Positions 36,012 to 46,459 of a stretch of DNA of 64,000 nt are shown here, in pieces (position 1 is the stretch's first letter; each line of letters opens with the position of its first letter). The DNA is taken from NCBI GenBank assembly GCA_023819375.1, contig JAMWDI010000001.1:107685-171684 (forward strand), given 5' to 3'. The notes beneath the pieces are model-generated. The model searched no databases. It was given only the letters and a program-made list of their open reading frames with translations, and was not told the origin of the DNA. The DNA comes from Candidatus Omnitrophota bacterium (GTDB lineage: Bacteria; Ratteibacteria; UBA8468; B48-G9; JAFGKM01). The translations under genes were made by a program, and so were the position numbers.

Positions 36012-37148
36012 ATGTTTACTATTTTCATTCCATATAGAATTTGTCCACTTGGGGCTCATATTGATCATCAAAAAGGGAAAGTCCTTGGAATTACTATTGA
36101 TAGAGGAACTATTCTGAAATTTGAAAAAATAGAAGGAAAGATAAAATTAAAAAGTATAAATTTTAATGAAGAAGTTGAATTTGAAATCAATGAAGAATTG
36201 GATAAAGAGGGAAAATGGTTTGATTTACTTAAAGGTTGTGTTTATATATTAAGAGATACTTTCAAAATTAAGAATGGAATTAAAGGAGAAATTCTGGGTC
36301 AACTTCCAAGTGGTGGCATTGGTTCCTCAGCAAGTTGTGGTCTTGCTTATCTGCTTGCTCTTGAATATGTAAATAACTTAAATATTCCTAAAGAGGAAAA
36401 CATTTTTTTATTTCAAAAAGTAGAAAATGAATATCTTAATGTTAAAAGTGGAATTCTTGACCAGTCAACAATTTTATTAAATAATAGTGACAAAAATTCA
36501 ATACTCTATCTTGATTGTAGAGATATAAAATATGAAAACGTTAAATCCAAAAATGAGATTGATTATTCTATTGTTATGGTCTACTCAGGGATTGAGAAAG
36601 TATTGCATGATACAGGCTATAACAAAAGAGTTGAAGAATGTAAAATGGCAGGGAAGCAAATTTTAGAATTTTTGGGCAAAAATTATGAAGGAGATATTTA
36701 TTTGAGAAATATTGATAAAGAGGTTTTTTTAAAATATAAAGAACAATTGCCAGAAAATTTAAGAAAAAGGGCTGAACATTTTTATAGTGAAATGGAAAGA
36801 GTTGAAAAGGGAATAGAATTTTGGAAATCAGGAGAAATAAAAGAATTTGGGAAATTAATTAAAGAATCTGGAGAAAGTTCAATAAAAAATTATGAGTGTG
36901 GAGGAAAAGAATTGATTAAAATTTATGAAATTCTAAATTCAATTAGGAATGTTTATGGGGCAAGATTTTCAGGGGCAGGGTTTCGTGGCTGGTGTTTTGG
37001 ATTTATTAAAAATGAAGAAAATGTAAAAAAAGAAATTAAAGAAATATTAGAAAATGAATATTTAAAGATTTTCCCACAATATAAGGAAAAATTTAAGATT
37101 ATTTTTGTGGATAAAAAACTTTCAATAGATATTAAGTCATTTATCTAA
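36012..37148 (+). CDS. GHMP kinase, galactokinase-like
   Basis: 378 aa. Galactokinase-type N-terminal signature (RICPLGAHIDHQKG), GHMP ATP-binding motif PSGGIGSSASCGLA. Confidence 0.7.
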   Translation: MFTIFIPYRICPLGAHIDHQKGKVLGITIDRGTILKFEKIEGKIKLKSINFNEEVEFEINEELDKEGKWFDLLKGCVYILRDTFKIKNGIKGEILGQLPSGGIGSSASCGLAYLLALEYVNNLNIPKEENIFLFQKVENEYLNVKSGILDQSTILLNNSDKNSILYLDCRDIKYENVKSKNEIDYSIVMVYSGIEKVLHDTGYNKRVEECKMAGKQILEFLGKNYEGDIYLRNIDKEVFLKYKEQLPENLRKRAEHFYSEMERVEKGIEFWKSGEIKEFGKLIKESGESSIKNYECGGKELIKIYEILNSIRNVYGARFSGAGFRGWCFGFIKNEENVKKEIKEILENEYLKIFPQYKEKFKIIFVDKKLSIDIKSFI

Positions 37149-38147
37149 TAAGATTTTTGGAACAACTTCTGAATTTTCAATAAACTCTGGAAATTTCCTT
37201 TCAACAAAAACTCTTCTTAAATTATTAACTGTAAAGTCCCCCATTTTTTTAATTGTCTCATAAGTATACCTTCCTAAATGAGGCATAATTATTACATTTT
37301 TAAACTTCAAAAGTGGATTATCTTTTAATATTTGTTTCATCTCAATTGCATCTTCTGCATATCCCCCGATTTTTCCTGATTTGAGATACTTTATAAGACT
37401 TTTTTCATCTATTAAATCTTTATGAGACGTATTAACAATTATAACTCCCTCTTTCATAATTTCAAATTCTTTTTCTCCTATCATATGATAGGTTTTTTCA
37501 TTTAAAGGGCAATGAAAAGAAATAATATCACAATTTTTACAGATATTTTCTAAACTGGAAGGCATTGCACTTCTTTTTATAATTTCTTCTTCTGTAAGTA
37601 ATGGATCATACGCATAAACATTCATTCCAAAGCCATTTTTTAAAATTTCACAAACTCTTGTTCCAACATTGCCTATCCCCAAAAGTCCTACGTTTTTATC
37701 TTTTAATTCAATTCCAACCAGTTCTATTCTTCTTCCCCATATTTCATTTTTCATAAACTCATAATTTTGATTTAATTTCCTTGCCATTAAAAGTATTAAT
37801 CCCACTGTATATTCAGCCATGGCATTTCTTTGTATCTCAAGTGGAAATCTACAAACTATTATTCCAAATTCTGTTGCAGATTTTATGTCAATATTTGAGT
37901 CTGCTATACCATGTCTTGAAATAATTACAAGTTTTTTCAAATTTTCAAGAATATTTCTGGAATAATAAGGTGAAAGTCCTATAATTAATCCATCAAAGTC
38001 AGATAATTCTTCAATTATTCTTTTTTCAGAAACATCGGAAGGAAAATTAATTCTTTCAACTTCTGAAAATTCTTTTAATTTTTCAATATGCTCAGGATAA
38101 ATTATCCCAAAACTTGTAGAATTAACTATTGCAATTTTATACTTCAT
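37137..38147 (-). CDS. D-isomer-specific 2-hydroxyacid dehydrogenase family protein (NAD-binding)
   Basis: Track ORF 37137..38174; start placed at ATG 38147 (MKYKIAIVNS) with AAGGAG Shine-Dalgarno. Rossmann GLLGIGNVG; overlaps the LarA-like gene. Confidence 0.7.
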   Translation of the reverse strand: MKYKIAIVNSTSFGIIYPEHIEKLKEFSEVERINFPSDVSEKRIIEELSDFDGLIIGLSPYYSRNILENLKKLVIISRHGIADSNIDIKSATEFGIIVCRFPLEIQRNAMAEYTVGLILLMARKLNQNYEFMKNEIWGRRIELVGIELKDKNVGLLGIGNVGTRVCEILKNGFGMNVYAYDPLLTEEEIIKRSAMPSSLENICKNCDIISFHCPLNEKTYHMIGEKEFEIMKEGVIIVNTSHKDLIDEKSLIKYLKSGKIGGYAEDAIEMKQILKDNPLLKFKNVIIMPHLGRYTYETIKKMGDFTVNNLRRVFVERKFPEFIENSEVVPKILLDK

Positions 38148-39405
38148 TTTTATCTCCTTTTTTATAAAGTTCATCTATGTCAGGGATATAACCATCTTTT
38201 CTTCTATACAGAATTTCTCCTGCATTTTTTACAACTAAAATTCCCTCATTTTCTTTATTTTCAAATTCTTCTATTTTTATAAGGTTGTAATCCATGTAAC
38301 CCAAGTTAACTTTTTTACAAATTTCTTCAGAAATTGAGGTTGCAAGTATAACTTCAATCCTTGGTTTTTCAATTCCATTAATATATGTTCCTATCCCTTT
38401 CACATGAGTTGAATGAGCAAGTATACATCCCGGATAATTTTTAAACTTATTCCATTGTTTCAAAAAATAATCTCTCGTGTGATATCCAATTTTCATTAAA
38501 TCTTTTCCATGGGTATACGAAATTTCCTTTACATGGGGTGCATAAATTATTAACTTCCCTCCATCTTCTACAACAGGTTCAAGTTTATACATACATTTTC
38601 CAGCAGTCCATATGTCTTCATACATTTCTGGTGCTATTGAAATTACAAAATTATAACTTCTATCAACATATTTGATATTAATCTGACTTGACAAATCTGC
38701 TGCTTTTTCCCATGCATCTACTTCTCCAATGAATAATCCCATTACTTTTTTTCCCTTTATAACACTACAAATTAACGTCTTTGGGATTTTTATAAAATTT
38801 GCTGCAATATTCAATAAATCTCTTACCGGTGTCTTTTTGAAGCCATTTATTTTTGGATTTGTAATTAATGCTCCAAGCCAGTGAAATTTATTTAGAAATT
38901 TTGGTCCAGAAATTCCCGGAAAAAAATATTTGTATCCACCAGAAAAGCCGACTACCTCGTGAGGAAATACAGGACCGTAGATAATAATTTCATCATAATT
39001 TAAAATCAAGGAATTAATTTCTATTTCTATTTTTTCATCCATTAACCCATTTGTTATTCTTTTCACATCTAATCTTTCAATAACTCCTATTTTGATTAAT
39101 TTTTCTGTTTTATTCCATTCATGTTGATAAATATTAAAATACTTTTCTTCACCATTTAGATGTAAGAAATTTTTTACTTTTTCCTCCGACATAATAGGAT
39201 GTGTCCCAAGTGCAATTAGGAAATCAAGTTTTTTAACTTTTGATGATAAAATATCAATCAAAAATTTAAAGAATAGATATGTTGGACCTGAACGAGTATT
39301 ATCTGGAATTATTACAATTATCTTTTTGTTTTTTAAATCCCTTTTATTAAGTTCTTTTTGGCAGATTTCATATATTTCTTTTTCAGAAAGTTCTTTTGTA
39401 TTCAT
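38137..39405 (-). CDS. LarA-like nickel-pincer-nucleotide (NPN) cofactor-dependent 2-hydroxyacid racemase/epimerase family protein
   Basis: 422 aa. PDNTR motif, ALGTH block, GFSGGYK with a His 17 residues later, consistent with the cofactor-tethering Lys and Ni-ligand His of LarA. Confidence 0.6.
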   Translation of the reverse strand: MNTKELSEKEIYEICQKELNKRDLKNKKIIVIIPDNTRSGPTYLFFKFLIDILSSKVKKLDFLIALGTHPIMSEEKVKNFLHLNGEEKYFNIYQHEWNKTEKLIKIGVIERLDVKRITNGLMDEKIEIEINSLILNYDEIIIYGPVFPHEVVGFSGGYKYFFPGISGPKFLNKFHWLGALITNPKINGFKKTPVRDLLNIAANFIKIPKTLICSVIKGKKVMGLFIGEVDAWEKAADLSSQINIKYVDRSYNFVISIAPEMYEDIWTAGKCMYKLEPVVEDGGKLIIYAPHVKEISYTHGKDLMKIGYHTRDYFLKQWNKFKNYPGCILAHSTHVKGIGTYINGIEKPRIEVILATSISEEICKKVNLGYMDYNLIKIEEFENKENEGILVVKNAGEILYRRKDGYIPDIDELYKKGDKNEV

Positions 39406-39436
39406 TTTTGAATTCTTAGAATTTAGTTATTTTATT

Positions 39437-39847
39437 TTACCTCTTTTTAGCCGCCATATCCACTATTTCGTTAATTAGATAAATTATCTCTTCTATTTTA
39501 GGATCTAAAATTATCCCCAAATCTTTTGGAATTTCTCCATATCTTTTAAGTTTCTCACTTTTTAAGTCATTCAAAATTTCCCATATTTTTGCACATCTGG
39601 AATTGACAATTGCAGTTTCTGCCATTTCTTCTTCTTTAATATTAAATTCTTTTTTTAAATCTTTAAGGACTTTTTTTATTTTACTTATTTTTAACATCAC
39701 TTCTTTTTCGTCAATTTGCTTTTTAATTTTCAAAAAAATTCTTTCCCTTTTCTCAAATATCAATTCAATCTCAATTAAAAGTTCCTCAACTGTTGATAAA
39801 TTGGACAAAAAAACATTTTTAATTAAATCAACTTTTGCCTTTTTCAC
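39437..39847 (-). CDS. Hypothetical coiled-coil protein
   Basis: 136 aa, Lys/Glu-rich heptad-like sequence, no recognisable motif. Confidence 0.35.
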   Translation of the reverse strand: MKKAKVDLIKNVFLSNLSTVEELLIEIELIFEKRERIFLKIKKQIDEKEVMLKISKIKKVLKDLKKEFNIKEEEMAETAIVNSRCAKIWEILNDLKSEKLKRYGEIPKDLGIILDPKIEEIIYLINEIVDMAAKKR

Positions 39848-40428
39848 TGTTTTATTGCTATCAAAAATATTGCTTTTATAAATGAAAATAAAATATATAA
39901 AAATAAAAAAGTCGAAAAAATGTAAAAAGGATTCTTTTGTTTTTTAAATGAAACAATAAAAGGAGTTTCTTTTTTATAAAGCCAATATTCATTTCCAAAT
40001 CTTCTTAAAAGAATTTTTTCTTCAATCATTTTAGAATAAAGAAAAATAAAAATTATTACACCAAAAGAAAGAAAAAGAAAAGAAATATTTTCAAAAAGAA
40101 AACTAAAAGCAAAAAATAAAAATGAATATCCAAGATACATTGGATTTCTACAAAAAGAATAAACCCCTTCTTTTACAAGCATTTGAGGTGGATCATTAGG
40201 CATCATTGTTCCTTTCCCAAATACATGAAGACAATAAATTGAAGAAATTGTAAAGTATAATCCGAAAAACAGATATATTAAAGATACTAATAACTTTATT
40301 ATAATATTTTGAGGAAACAAAAATTGAAATTTTTCTCCTGTAGGAAAAACAACATAAAATAAAATAGGGATAATTACCCATTCCCATAAAACACCAAGAA
40401 AAATATTAAGAATCCTTATTTTTTTCAT
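39844..40428 (-). CDS. Isoprenylcysteine carboxyl methyltransferase (ICMT)-family membrane methyltransferase
   Basis: 194 aa polytopic membrane protein with CRNPMYLGY motif typical of the ICMT/PEMT family. Confidence 0.55.
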   Translation of the reverse strand: MKKIRILNIFLGVLWEWVIIPILFYVVFPTGEKFQFLFPQNIIIKLLVSLIYLFFGLYFTISSIYCLHVFGKGTMMPNDPPQMLVKEGVYSFCRNPMYLGYSFLFFAFSFLFENISFLFLSFGVIIFIFLYSKMIEEKILLRRFGNEYWLYKKETPFIVSFKKQKNPFYIFSTFLFLYILFSFIKAIFLIAIKQ

Positions 40429-40882
40429 TTTTAAATTTTAATATTAAAATATATGAAATTAAAAAAGTCAAAATTCCTCCACAAAAAGCACAAAAAAAAC
40501 ATCCTGTTACAAGTGGTTTTCCAAAAGTTATAATTGAATAATATACAAAACTTTTAATATTTTTAAAATCATGAATAGTAAAATTTGTTTTTGTGTTTAA
40601 AATAAATGACCCAACTTTATAACAAAAATAATAAGTAAAAGGAATTTGATAAGGAATACCTGTGGGTATTGAACCTCCAATGAATGTTGCAATAAAACTT
40701 AAATTAAATAATTTTGAGAATAAATAACATAAAATTGTTTGAAAACCAATTGTTGGGGTAAAACCAATGAAAACTCCTATAGATAAAGAAATAGCAAGTT
40801 TTAAGGGTTGATTTTTAAAAATATTTAATTCTTTTCTCCATTCTTTTTTTAAATAAGATAAACTCACTCTTTTAATATTCAA
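40406..40882 (-). CDS. DUF2062-like small membrane protein
   Basis: 158 aa with Gly/Pro-rich TM segments (GVFIGFTPTIGFQT); often linked to glycosyltransferase loci. Confidence 0.4.
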   Translation of the reverse strand: MNIKRVSLSYLKKEWRKELNIFKNQPLKLAISLSIGVFIGFTPTIGFQTILCYLFSKLFNLSFIATFIGGSIPTGIPYQIPFTYYFCYKVGSFILNTKTNFTIHDFKNIKSFVYYSIITFGKPLVTGCFFCAFCGGILTFLISYILILKFKNEKNKDS

Positions 40883-42179
40883 CTTTTATAACCTCCCATG
40901 GTATAAAATCATAATTTATTCCTCCAATTTTTATGTTTGATGAAAAAAATAGATATTCAGGATATTTTAATTCAGAAATTTTTATTTTAAAACTGACCTT
41001 ATCTTTCAACTTTTCATACTTGAGATCCTTATAAAAATTTGAATTTACAGAGGTTATAAATTCATTTTTTCTTTTTAAGTTTATTTTAAGTTTAGGCATT
41101 TTAGAAAATTCAATGTTCTTTTTAAATGGAAAGAAGTAAAAAACATACTCTGTTGGGCCTAATATTTTAATTTTGTGAATAAATTCGATTTTTAAAAATT
41201 CATCATCTTTTATTAAATTTATATAAAATGGATAAGATAAATTTTTGTAATTCTCAAATTCGGCTTCTTTTTCACTCTCAAAAACAAGATTTTTTGTTAA
41301 AATCAAGTCATTTTTTGTATAAAATATTTCATTTTTTTTAACAAAAGAAAAAAACCATTTTTTTCTAAACATCATTTGAGAAGTAAAACATTCAAGAGAT
41401 ATCTTCTTTTTTTTAACTTCTTCATTACTCAATGGAACAATATATGTTTTAAATAGTAAGAAAATCTCTGGAAGAAATAATTTTTCTGAGTTTTTTAAAG
41501 GATAATTTCTAAAATGAATTAAATAAATGTAAACTTCAGGATTTAACCCTTCTATTTCTAAAAGAGATGCTCTAACAAAATTATAAAGTGCTCTATGATC
41601 AACATTTGTATCAAAAGGAGAAGTTATAAATATTTTAGAAGGCCTAATCTCATTTATTATCTTCTTTATATCTTCTAAAATACTTTCACCTTTATAAGGT
41701 TTCCCAAAAGAGTAATTTTCTTTATAAGGGACATAACTTGCTTTTGTTAAAAAACTTCTAAAAGGTTTTTTATTTTCACCCCAGTAATTTTCCCATATTT
41801 TAAGAGTCCCAAAATCAGGGTAACCAAGAAAAATTAAGTTATTCTCCGAAACTCCGAGAATTTTTGTTGCTTTTATAGATTCCTTTCTTCTAATTTCTCC
41901 TAATTTTATATAATCAGAAGGGTTTAAAATTATCTTTTTTTCATAAATCCTGTAAGGTAATTGATTATGATCTCCATTTGTTAAATAAACAATATAAACT
42001 TCGCCTTTCTTTTTTATTACTTTTTGAATTAACCCTCCACAACCTAAAATTTCATCATCAGGATGGGGAGCAAAAATAATAATTTTTTCATTTTCATTAA
42101 TTTGCAAATTTCTAATACTTCCCCAGCAAAGAGAAATCAATGTTGAAATTAACATTAATATTTTTTTAAAATTTTTCAT
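40872..42179 (-). CDS. PIG-L/LmbE-family N-acetylglucosaminyl deacetylase with C-terminal extension
   Basis: 435 aa. Signal peptide, PIG-L motif FAPHPDDEILGCGG, HxxH-type metal site; about 200-aa C-terminal domain of unknown function. Confidence 0.6.
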   Translation of the reverse strand: MKNFKKILMLISTLISLCWGSIRNLQINENEKIIIFAPHPDDEILGCGGLIQKVIKKKGEVYIVYLTNGDHNQLPYRIYEKKIILNPSDYIKLGEIRRKESIKATKILGVSENNLIFLGYPDFGTLKIWENYWGENKKPFRSFLTKASYVPYKENYSFGKPYKGESILEDIKKIINEIRPSKIFITSPFDTNVDHRALYNFVRASLLEIEGLNPEVYIYLIHFRNYPLKNSEKLFLPEIFLLFKTYIVPLSNEEVKKKKISLECFTSQMMFRKKWFFSFVKKNEIFYTKNDLILTKNLVFESEKEAEFENYKNLSYPFYINLIKDDEFLKIEFIHKIKILGPTEYVFYFFPFKKNIEFSKMPKLKINLKRKNEFITSVNSNFYKDLKYEKLKDKVSFKIKISELKYPEYLFFSSNIKIGGINYDFIPWEVIKVEY

Positions 42180-42181
42180 TT

Positions 42182-43738
42182 TTACTTATGCCTTCCATTT
42201 TTACTTATATCTTCTAAAAATCTCTTCGCTAAAGTAAATCCAGGGTCTATTTCTAATGTTTTATACAAGTATTCAAGCATTTTCTGTTTATCTCCCATAT
42301 CATAATAAACAAGAGCCATTAAAAAATTACTTTTTGGGTCATTTGGTAAAATTTTTAAGTAATCCAATGCCTTTTTATATGCCTCTTTAATTTTTCTTTC
42401 TCTTAAATCTTTTTCTATCCCTTTTGCACTTAAATATCCGAAAATTTTTTTACTCTCTTCAGGAAGTAAATCTCCTGGAATTACATTAAAAAAATAAGCG
42501 AAAAGAAAAGAAAAAATAAAAAATAGAAATGGTTTTAATAGTTTTTTATTATTAAATATCTCCCTTTTAGACCACACAATTAAATAGGAAGAAGTAATAA
42601 AAAAACAGGCTACAGCAGGAAATCTATATCTGTCTGTGATGAAAAATAAAACAACCCATAAAATGTTTGATAATGTAAAAAATATAAAAAGTGAATTTCT
42701 CCTAAAATTTTTAAAAAATAAAAACAATCCAGAAATGCCTAATGGAAAAACAAAACCCAATTTTATAAATGCTATCTTTAAAAAAGGAATTAATTCTTCC
42801 ATTAAATAAACATTCATATTTTGAGGCCACTCATAACTTGTAAAAAAAAGATGAATTTTTCTTAAAAAAAGTTTCCAAAATTGAATAGAAGATGGCGAAA
42901 GAAGATGTCCCTTGGGATAGTGAAAAAGTCCTATTGAATCTGAACTATTACCAATTCTCCAATTTTCAGGACCATTTGAACATATCGGAACAAAAACTTT
43001 TCCAATATACCAATTTCTTATGGTTATAGGTAGTATTACACAACCACTTATAAAAATTAGAATAAAAAATATGAAAATTTTATTTTTAATAGATGACATT
43101 TTTCCAGATATTAATTTTGTTTCAGGATATATTAAAAGCCCTATAAATAAAAATGGTATAAAAATTCCAATTGTAGGTTTAGCAAGAGCAGAAAATCCGA
43201 GTAAAACACCAGATATAATCCACCAGAGAAGATTTTTTTTCTGAAGAGCAATATAAATTGAGGTTATAAAAGAAATATAAAGAAGTGTTATTAAATTATC
43301 ACTTAAAATTGAAGAAGAATAAACTACAAAAGTTCTGTAAAATGCACATAGAAAACATGCAACGATTCCTGTCAAATCATCAACTAATAGTTTACCTAAT
43401 AAATATATAATAAAGCATAAGAAAACATCAAGCAAAATCTGAATAAAATAAATTCCAAATAAGTTTCCTTGAACAAAAAAATAAACCATTGATAAAAAAT
43501 AAGGATAAAATGGAGCCATATAGAATACTTTTCCATCGACATAAAAAGGATGCCTTAATATATCTTCTGCCCATAATATGAATGTTTTTTGGTCATGCTT
43601 ATCCATTATATAGGGGTCAAAATAAACTGTATTTTTTAAGAATATCAAATAAACTAATCTAATAATAAATCCACAAAACAATATTACCCCTACCAATATT
43701 TTTTTCCCATTTCCTATTTTTCTTATCCTTTTAACCAT
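42182..43738 (-). CDS. Polytopic membrane glycosyltransferase (ArnT/PMT, GT39/GT83-like) with C-terminal TPR repeats
   Basis: 518 aa, more than 10 predicted TM helices in the N-terminal two thirds, C-terminal TPR-like repeats. Confidence 0.5.
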   Translation of the reverse strand: MVKRIRKIGNGKKILVGVILFCGFIIRLVYLIFLKNTVYFDPYIMDKHDQKTFILWAEDILRHPFYVDGKVFYMAPFYPYFLSMVYFFVQGNLFGIYFIQILLDVFLCFIIYLLGKLLVDDLTGIVACFLCAFYRTFVVYSSSILSDNLITLLYISFITSIYIALQKKNLLWWIISGVLLGFSALAKPTIGIFIPFLFIGLLIYPETKLISGKMSSIKNKIFIFFILIFISGCVILPITIRNWYIGKVFVPICSNGPENWRIGNSSDSIGLFHYPKGHLLSPSSIQFWKLFLRKIHLFFTSYEWPQNMNVYLMEELIPFLKIAFIKLGFVFPLGISGLFLFFKNFRRNSLFIFFTLSNILWVVLFFITDRYRFPAVACFFITSSYLIVWSKREIFNNKKLLKPFLFFIFSFLFAYFFNVIPGDLLPEESKKIFGYLSAKGIEKDLRERKIKEAYKKALDYLKILPNDPKSNFLMALVYYDMGDKQKMLEYLYKTLEIDPGFTLAKRFLEDISKNGRHK

Positions 43739-43759
43739 TTAACCAATTGTTCAATTGAT

Positions 43760-44077
43760 TCAAAACTTTTTATCTTTTATCTTTTCTACATATTTTTCTA
43801 AAGTATTGAAAATTTTCACAACTGCTTTATCTTTAATAAAATACTTTTTTACATAACTTTCTGTTTCATATCTAACCAAATCTATCTGTCTAAGATTCCT
43901 AAGAGTTTTTGAAATACTCGCAATTGTAAGGCCAAGTTTTTTACTCATTCCAGTAGGAGTCATTTTTCCTTCTATTATTAGCATTTTCATTATCTGATAT
44001 GCTGTTGGATTTCCCAAAACTCTACATATTCTTGATGCTCTATATTCTTTTTCTGGCATTCTTCTTTTCTTTCCCAT
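43760..44077 (-). CDS. ArsR/SmtB-like winged-helix transcriptional regulator
   Basis: 105 aa, wHTH pattern (ASRICRVLGNPTAYQIMKML...LGLTIASISKTLRNL). Confidence 0.55.
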   Translation of the reverse strand: MGKKRRMPEKEYRASRICRVLGNPTAYQIMKMLIIEGKMTPTGMSKKLGLTIASISKTLRNLRQIDLVRYETESYVKKYFIKDKAVVKIFNTLEKYVEKIKDKKF

Positions 44078-44089
44078 TTTACCAATTGG

Positions 44090-45106
44090 TCAAATAATTA
44101 AATCATTGACACAAAGAAAATCAGTTTTATAGTAAGTTACTACGTCTGCAATAATATCTTTTATTGAGTAATTTAAATGGAAATCAACAATTTTTTTTAT
44201 TTTGCTTAAATCAGGAATTCTCTTCATCATGTCTTCAAATCCCTTTTTATAAATATTTTCAGGATTTATAAATTTAATCTCTGATTCACTTTTGGTTATT
44301 TCTTTTATAAGTAAGGCCAGATCCTTTATTTTAATTTCATTTTCACTCCCTATATTAAATACTTCTCCATAACTTTCATCTTTGTAAATTAATTTCAATA
44401 TTATTTCGACTACATCTTTCACATGGATAAAACATCTTGATTGTTCACCATCCCCAAAAACAGTTATAGGTTGTCCTGTTAATGCCTGTTTAACAAAACG
44501 TGGTATAACCATACCATATCTATCTGTCTGCCTTGGGCCAACAGTGTTAAATAACCTTACTATAATAACTGGTAACCCAAATTCTTCCTGAAAAGCAAAG
44601 GCAAGAAATTCATCAATTGCCTTTGCGCAAGCATATGACCATCTTTTCTTTTTTGTTGAACCAATAACTATATCTGCTTCTTCATTAAAAGGAACATTTA
44701 AATTTTTTCCATAGATTTCAGATGTTGATGTTATTAAAATTCTTTTTTTATATTTTGCACATAACTTTAAAACATTACATGTTCCCTCAATATTTACAAG
44801 AATCGATTCAATTGGATTTTCTATAACTTTTTTCACACCTACAATTGCAGCAAGATGGAAAACAAAATCAACTTTTTTTATAAGTTCTTCAAGTATATAT
44901 TCATTTAAAATTGTATCAATGAAAAGAAAAAATTTAGGATTGTCTAAAAGTGTTGAAATGTTTTTTAACCTTCCTGTTGAAAGATCATCTATAACAAAAA
45001 CAGTTTTTCCTTGATTTATAAGTTCCTCTGCAAGATGAGAACCAATAAAGCCACATCCTCCTGTTATTAAAAATCTCTCCATTTTATTCAGATTTTCTAA
45101 CTTCAA
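44090..45106 (-). CDS. NAD-dependent nucleotide-sugar epimerase/dehydratase (extended SDR)
   Basis: 338 aa. Rossmann [11 protein letters not shown], catalytic YxxxK (YACAKAI). Confidence 0.85.
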   Translation of the reverse strand: MKLENLNKMERFLITGGCGFIGSHLAEELINQGKTVFVIDDLSTGRLKNISTLLDNPKFFLFIDTILNEYILEELIKKVDFVFHLAAIVGVKKVIENPIESILVNIEGTCNVLKLCAKYKKRILITSTSEIYGKNLNVPFNEEADIVIGSTKKKRWSYACAKAIDEFLAFAFQEEFGLPVIIVRLFNTVGPRQTDRYGMVIPRFVKQALTGQPITVFGDGEQSRCFIHVKDVVEIILKLIYKDESYGEVFNIGSENEIKIKDLALLIKEITKSESEIKFINPENIYKKGFEDMMKRIPDLSKIKKIVDFHLNYSIKDIIADVVTYYKTDFLCVNDLII

Positions 45107-45848
45107 TGCCCTTTGATTTTAAATAATTTTTAATTTCTTGAATTGTAAGGATTCTAAAATGCAGAAGAGATGCAAGTAAAATTGCACTTGCTTTCCCTTC
45201 TACAATCGCTTCATATAAATGTTCAAGTTTTCCTGCTCCTCCAGAAGCAATTACAGGAATATTCACAGATTCACTAACTTTTTTCGTCAATTCTATATCA
45301 TATCCCTCTTGAGTTCCGTCTCTATCTATACTGGTTAAAAGTATCTCGCCTGCTCCTAAATCTTCAACTTTTTTCGCCCACTCAATAACATCAAGTCCGG
45401 TTGGTGTTTTTCCACTTTCAATGTAAACTTCCCATTTATCCTTGTCTATTTTTTTCCCATCAATAGCAACAACTATACATTGACTTCCAAATCTTTTTGC
45501 TCCTTCTTCAATAATTTTAGGATTTCTTACAGCAGAAGTATTTATTGATACCTTATCTGCACCGTTTGAAAGTAAATCTTCTATATCTTTTATTGTGGAA
45601 ATTCCTCCACCAACAGTAAATGGAATAAACACAACATCAGCAACTTTTTTAACAACTTCAACCATAGTTTTTCTGCCTTCAATTGTAGCACTTATATCAA
45701 GAAAAACAATTTCATCTGCTCCTTCTTTGCAATAATAAGAGGCATTTTCAACAGGGTCGCCTGCAATTCTTAAATTTTCAAATTGTACTCCTTTCACAAC
45801 TTTGCCATTTTTTACATCTAAACAAGGAATAATTCTCACTGCAACCAT
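45084..45848 (-). CDS. hisF: Imidazole glycerol phosphate synthase cyclase subunit HisF (or sugar-pathway paralogue)
   Basis: 254 aa (beta/alpha)8 barrel with [16 protein letters not shown] start and phosphate-binding SGGAG, TSID blocks. Confidence 0.8.
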   Translation of the reverse strand: MVAVRIIPCLDVKNGKVVKGVQFENLRIAGDPVENASYYCKEGADEIVFLDISATIEGRKTMVEVVKKVADVVFIPFTVGGGISTIKDIEDLLSNGADKVSINTSAVRNPKIIEEGAKRFGSQCIVVAIDGKKIDKDKWEVYIESGKTPTGLDVIEWAKKVEDLGAGEILLTSIDRDGTQEGYDIELTKKVSESVNIPVIASGGAGKLEHLYEAIVEGKASAILLASLLHFRILTIQEIKNYLKSKGIEVRKSE

Positions 45849-46444
45849 TTTCCCTCCAATAAATTTTTTAAAAATAATAAACCAATTTTTCCACTTTTTT
45901 CTGGATGAAATTGAACTCCAACAATATTTTCTTTTGAAATGACTGACGGAAAATTTATTCCATATTCTGTTTCTCCTATAATTAAACTTTTATTGGTTTT
46001 AACATAATATGAGTGTGCAAAGTAAAAATAGGAATTATCTTGAATATTTTCAAAAAAATTCTCTCTTTTTAAAATTTTAACTCTATTCCAACCCATATGA
46101 GGAACTTTCAAATTTTTATCCTTAAATTTAATTACTTTTCCTTTTAAAATTCCCAATCCTTCCTTATTGCCTTCTTCACTCCATTCAAAAAGTAATTGAA
46201 ATCCAAGACAAATGCCAAGAAAGGGCATTCCTTTCTCTATCCATTTTTTTATTTCATTTCTCAAATCTGTTTCTTCTAAATATTTCATTCCTGAAGCAAA
46301 ATGTCCGACTCCAGGAAGAATCAAAAATTTTATTTTATTTAAAACTCTAAGATTTTCAATTAAAATAACCTCTTTGCCAAGATATCTTATTGCTGAAATT
46401 ACACTATAGATATTTCCTACATTATACTTTACAATCCCAACCAT
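45836..46444 (-). CDS. hisH: Imidazole glycerol phosphate synthase glutaminase subunit HisH (class I GATase)
   Basis: 202 aa. LPGVGHF, catalytic GICLGFQ, VPHMGWN and HPE motifs. Overlaps hisF. Confidence 0.8.
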   Translation of the reverse strand: MVGIVKYNVGNIYSVISAIRYLGKEVILIENLRVLNKIKFLILPGVGHFASGMKYLEETDLRNEIKKWIEKGMPFLGICLGFQLLFEWSEEGNKEGLGILKGKVIKFKDKNLKVPHMGWNRVKILKRENFFENIQDNSYFYFAHSYYVKTNKSLIIGETEYGINFPSVISKENIVGVQFHPEKSGKIGLLFLKNLLEGKWLQ

Positions 46445-46459
46445 TATCTTTTTTAAAAA

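Noticed and set aside
45836-46444. The 202-aa GATase as the missing glutaminase subunit of the adjacent GuaA-type ATP-pyrophosphatase
   Set aside because: Its motifs (LPGVGHF, VPHMGWN, FAHSYY) are HisH-specific and it is translationally coupled to hisF, not to the guaA-type gene.
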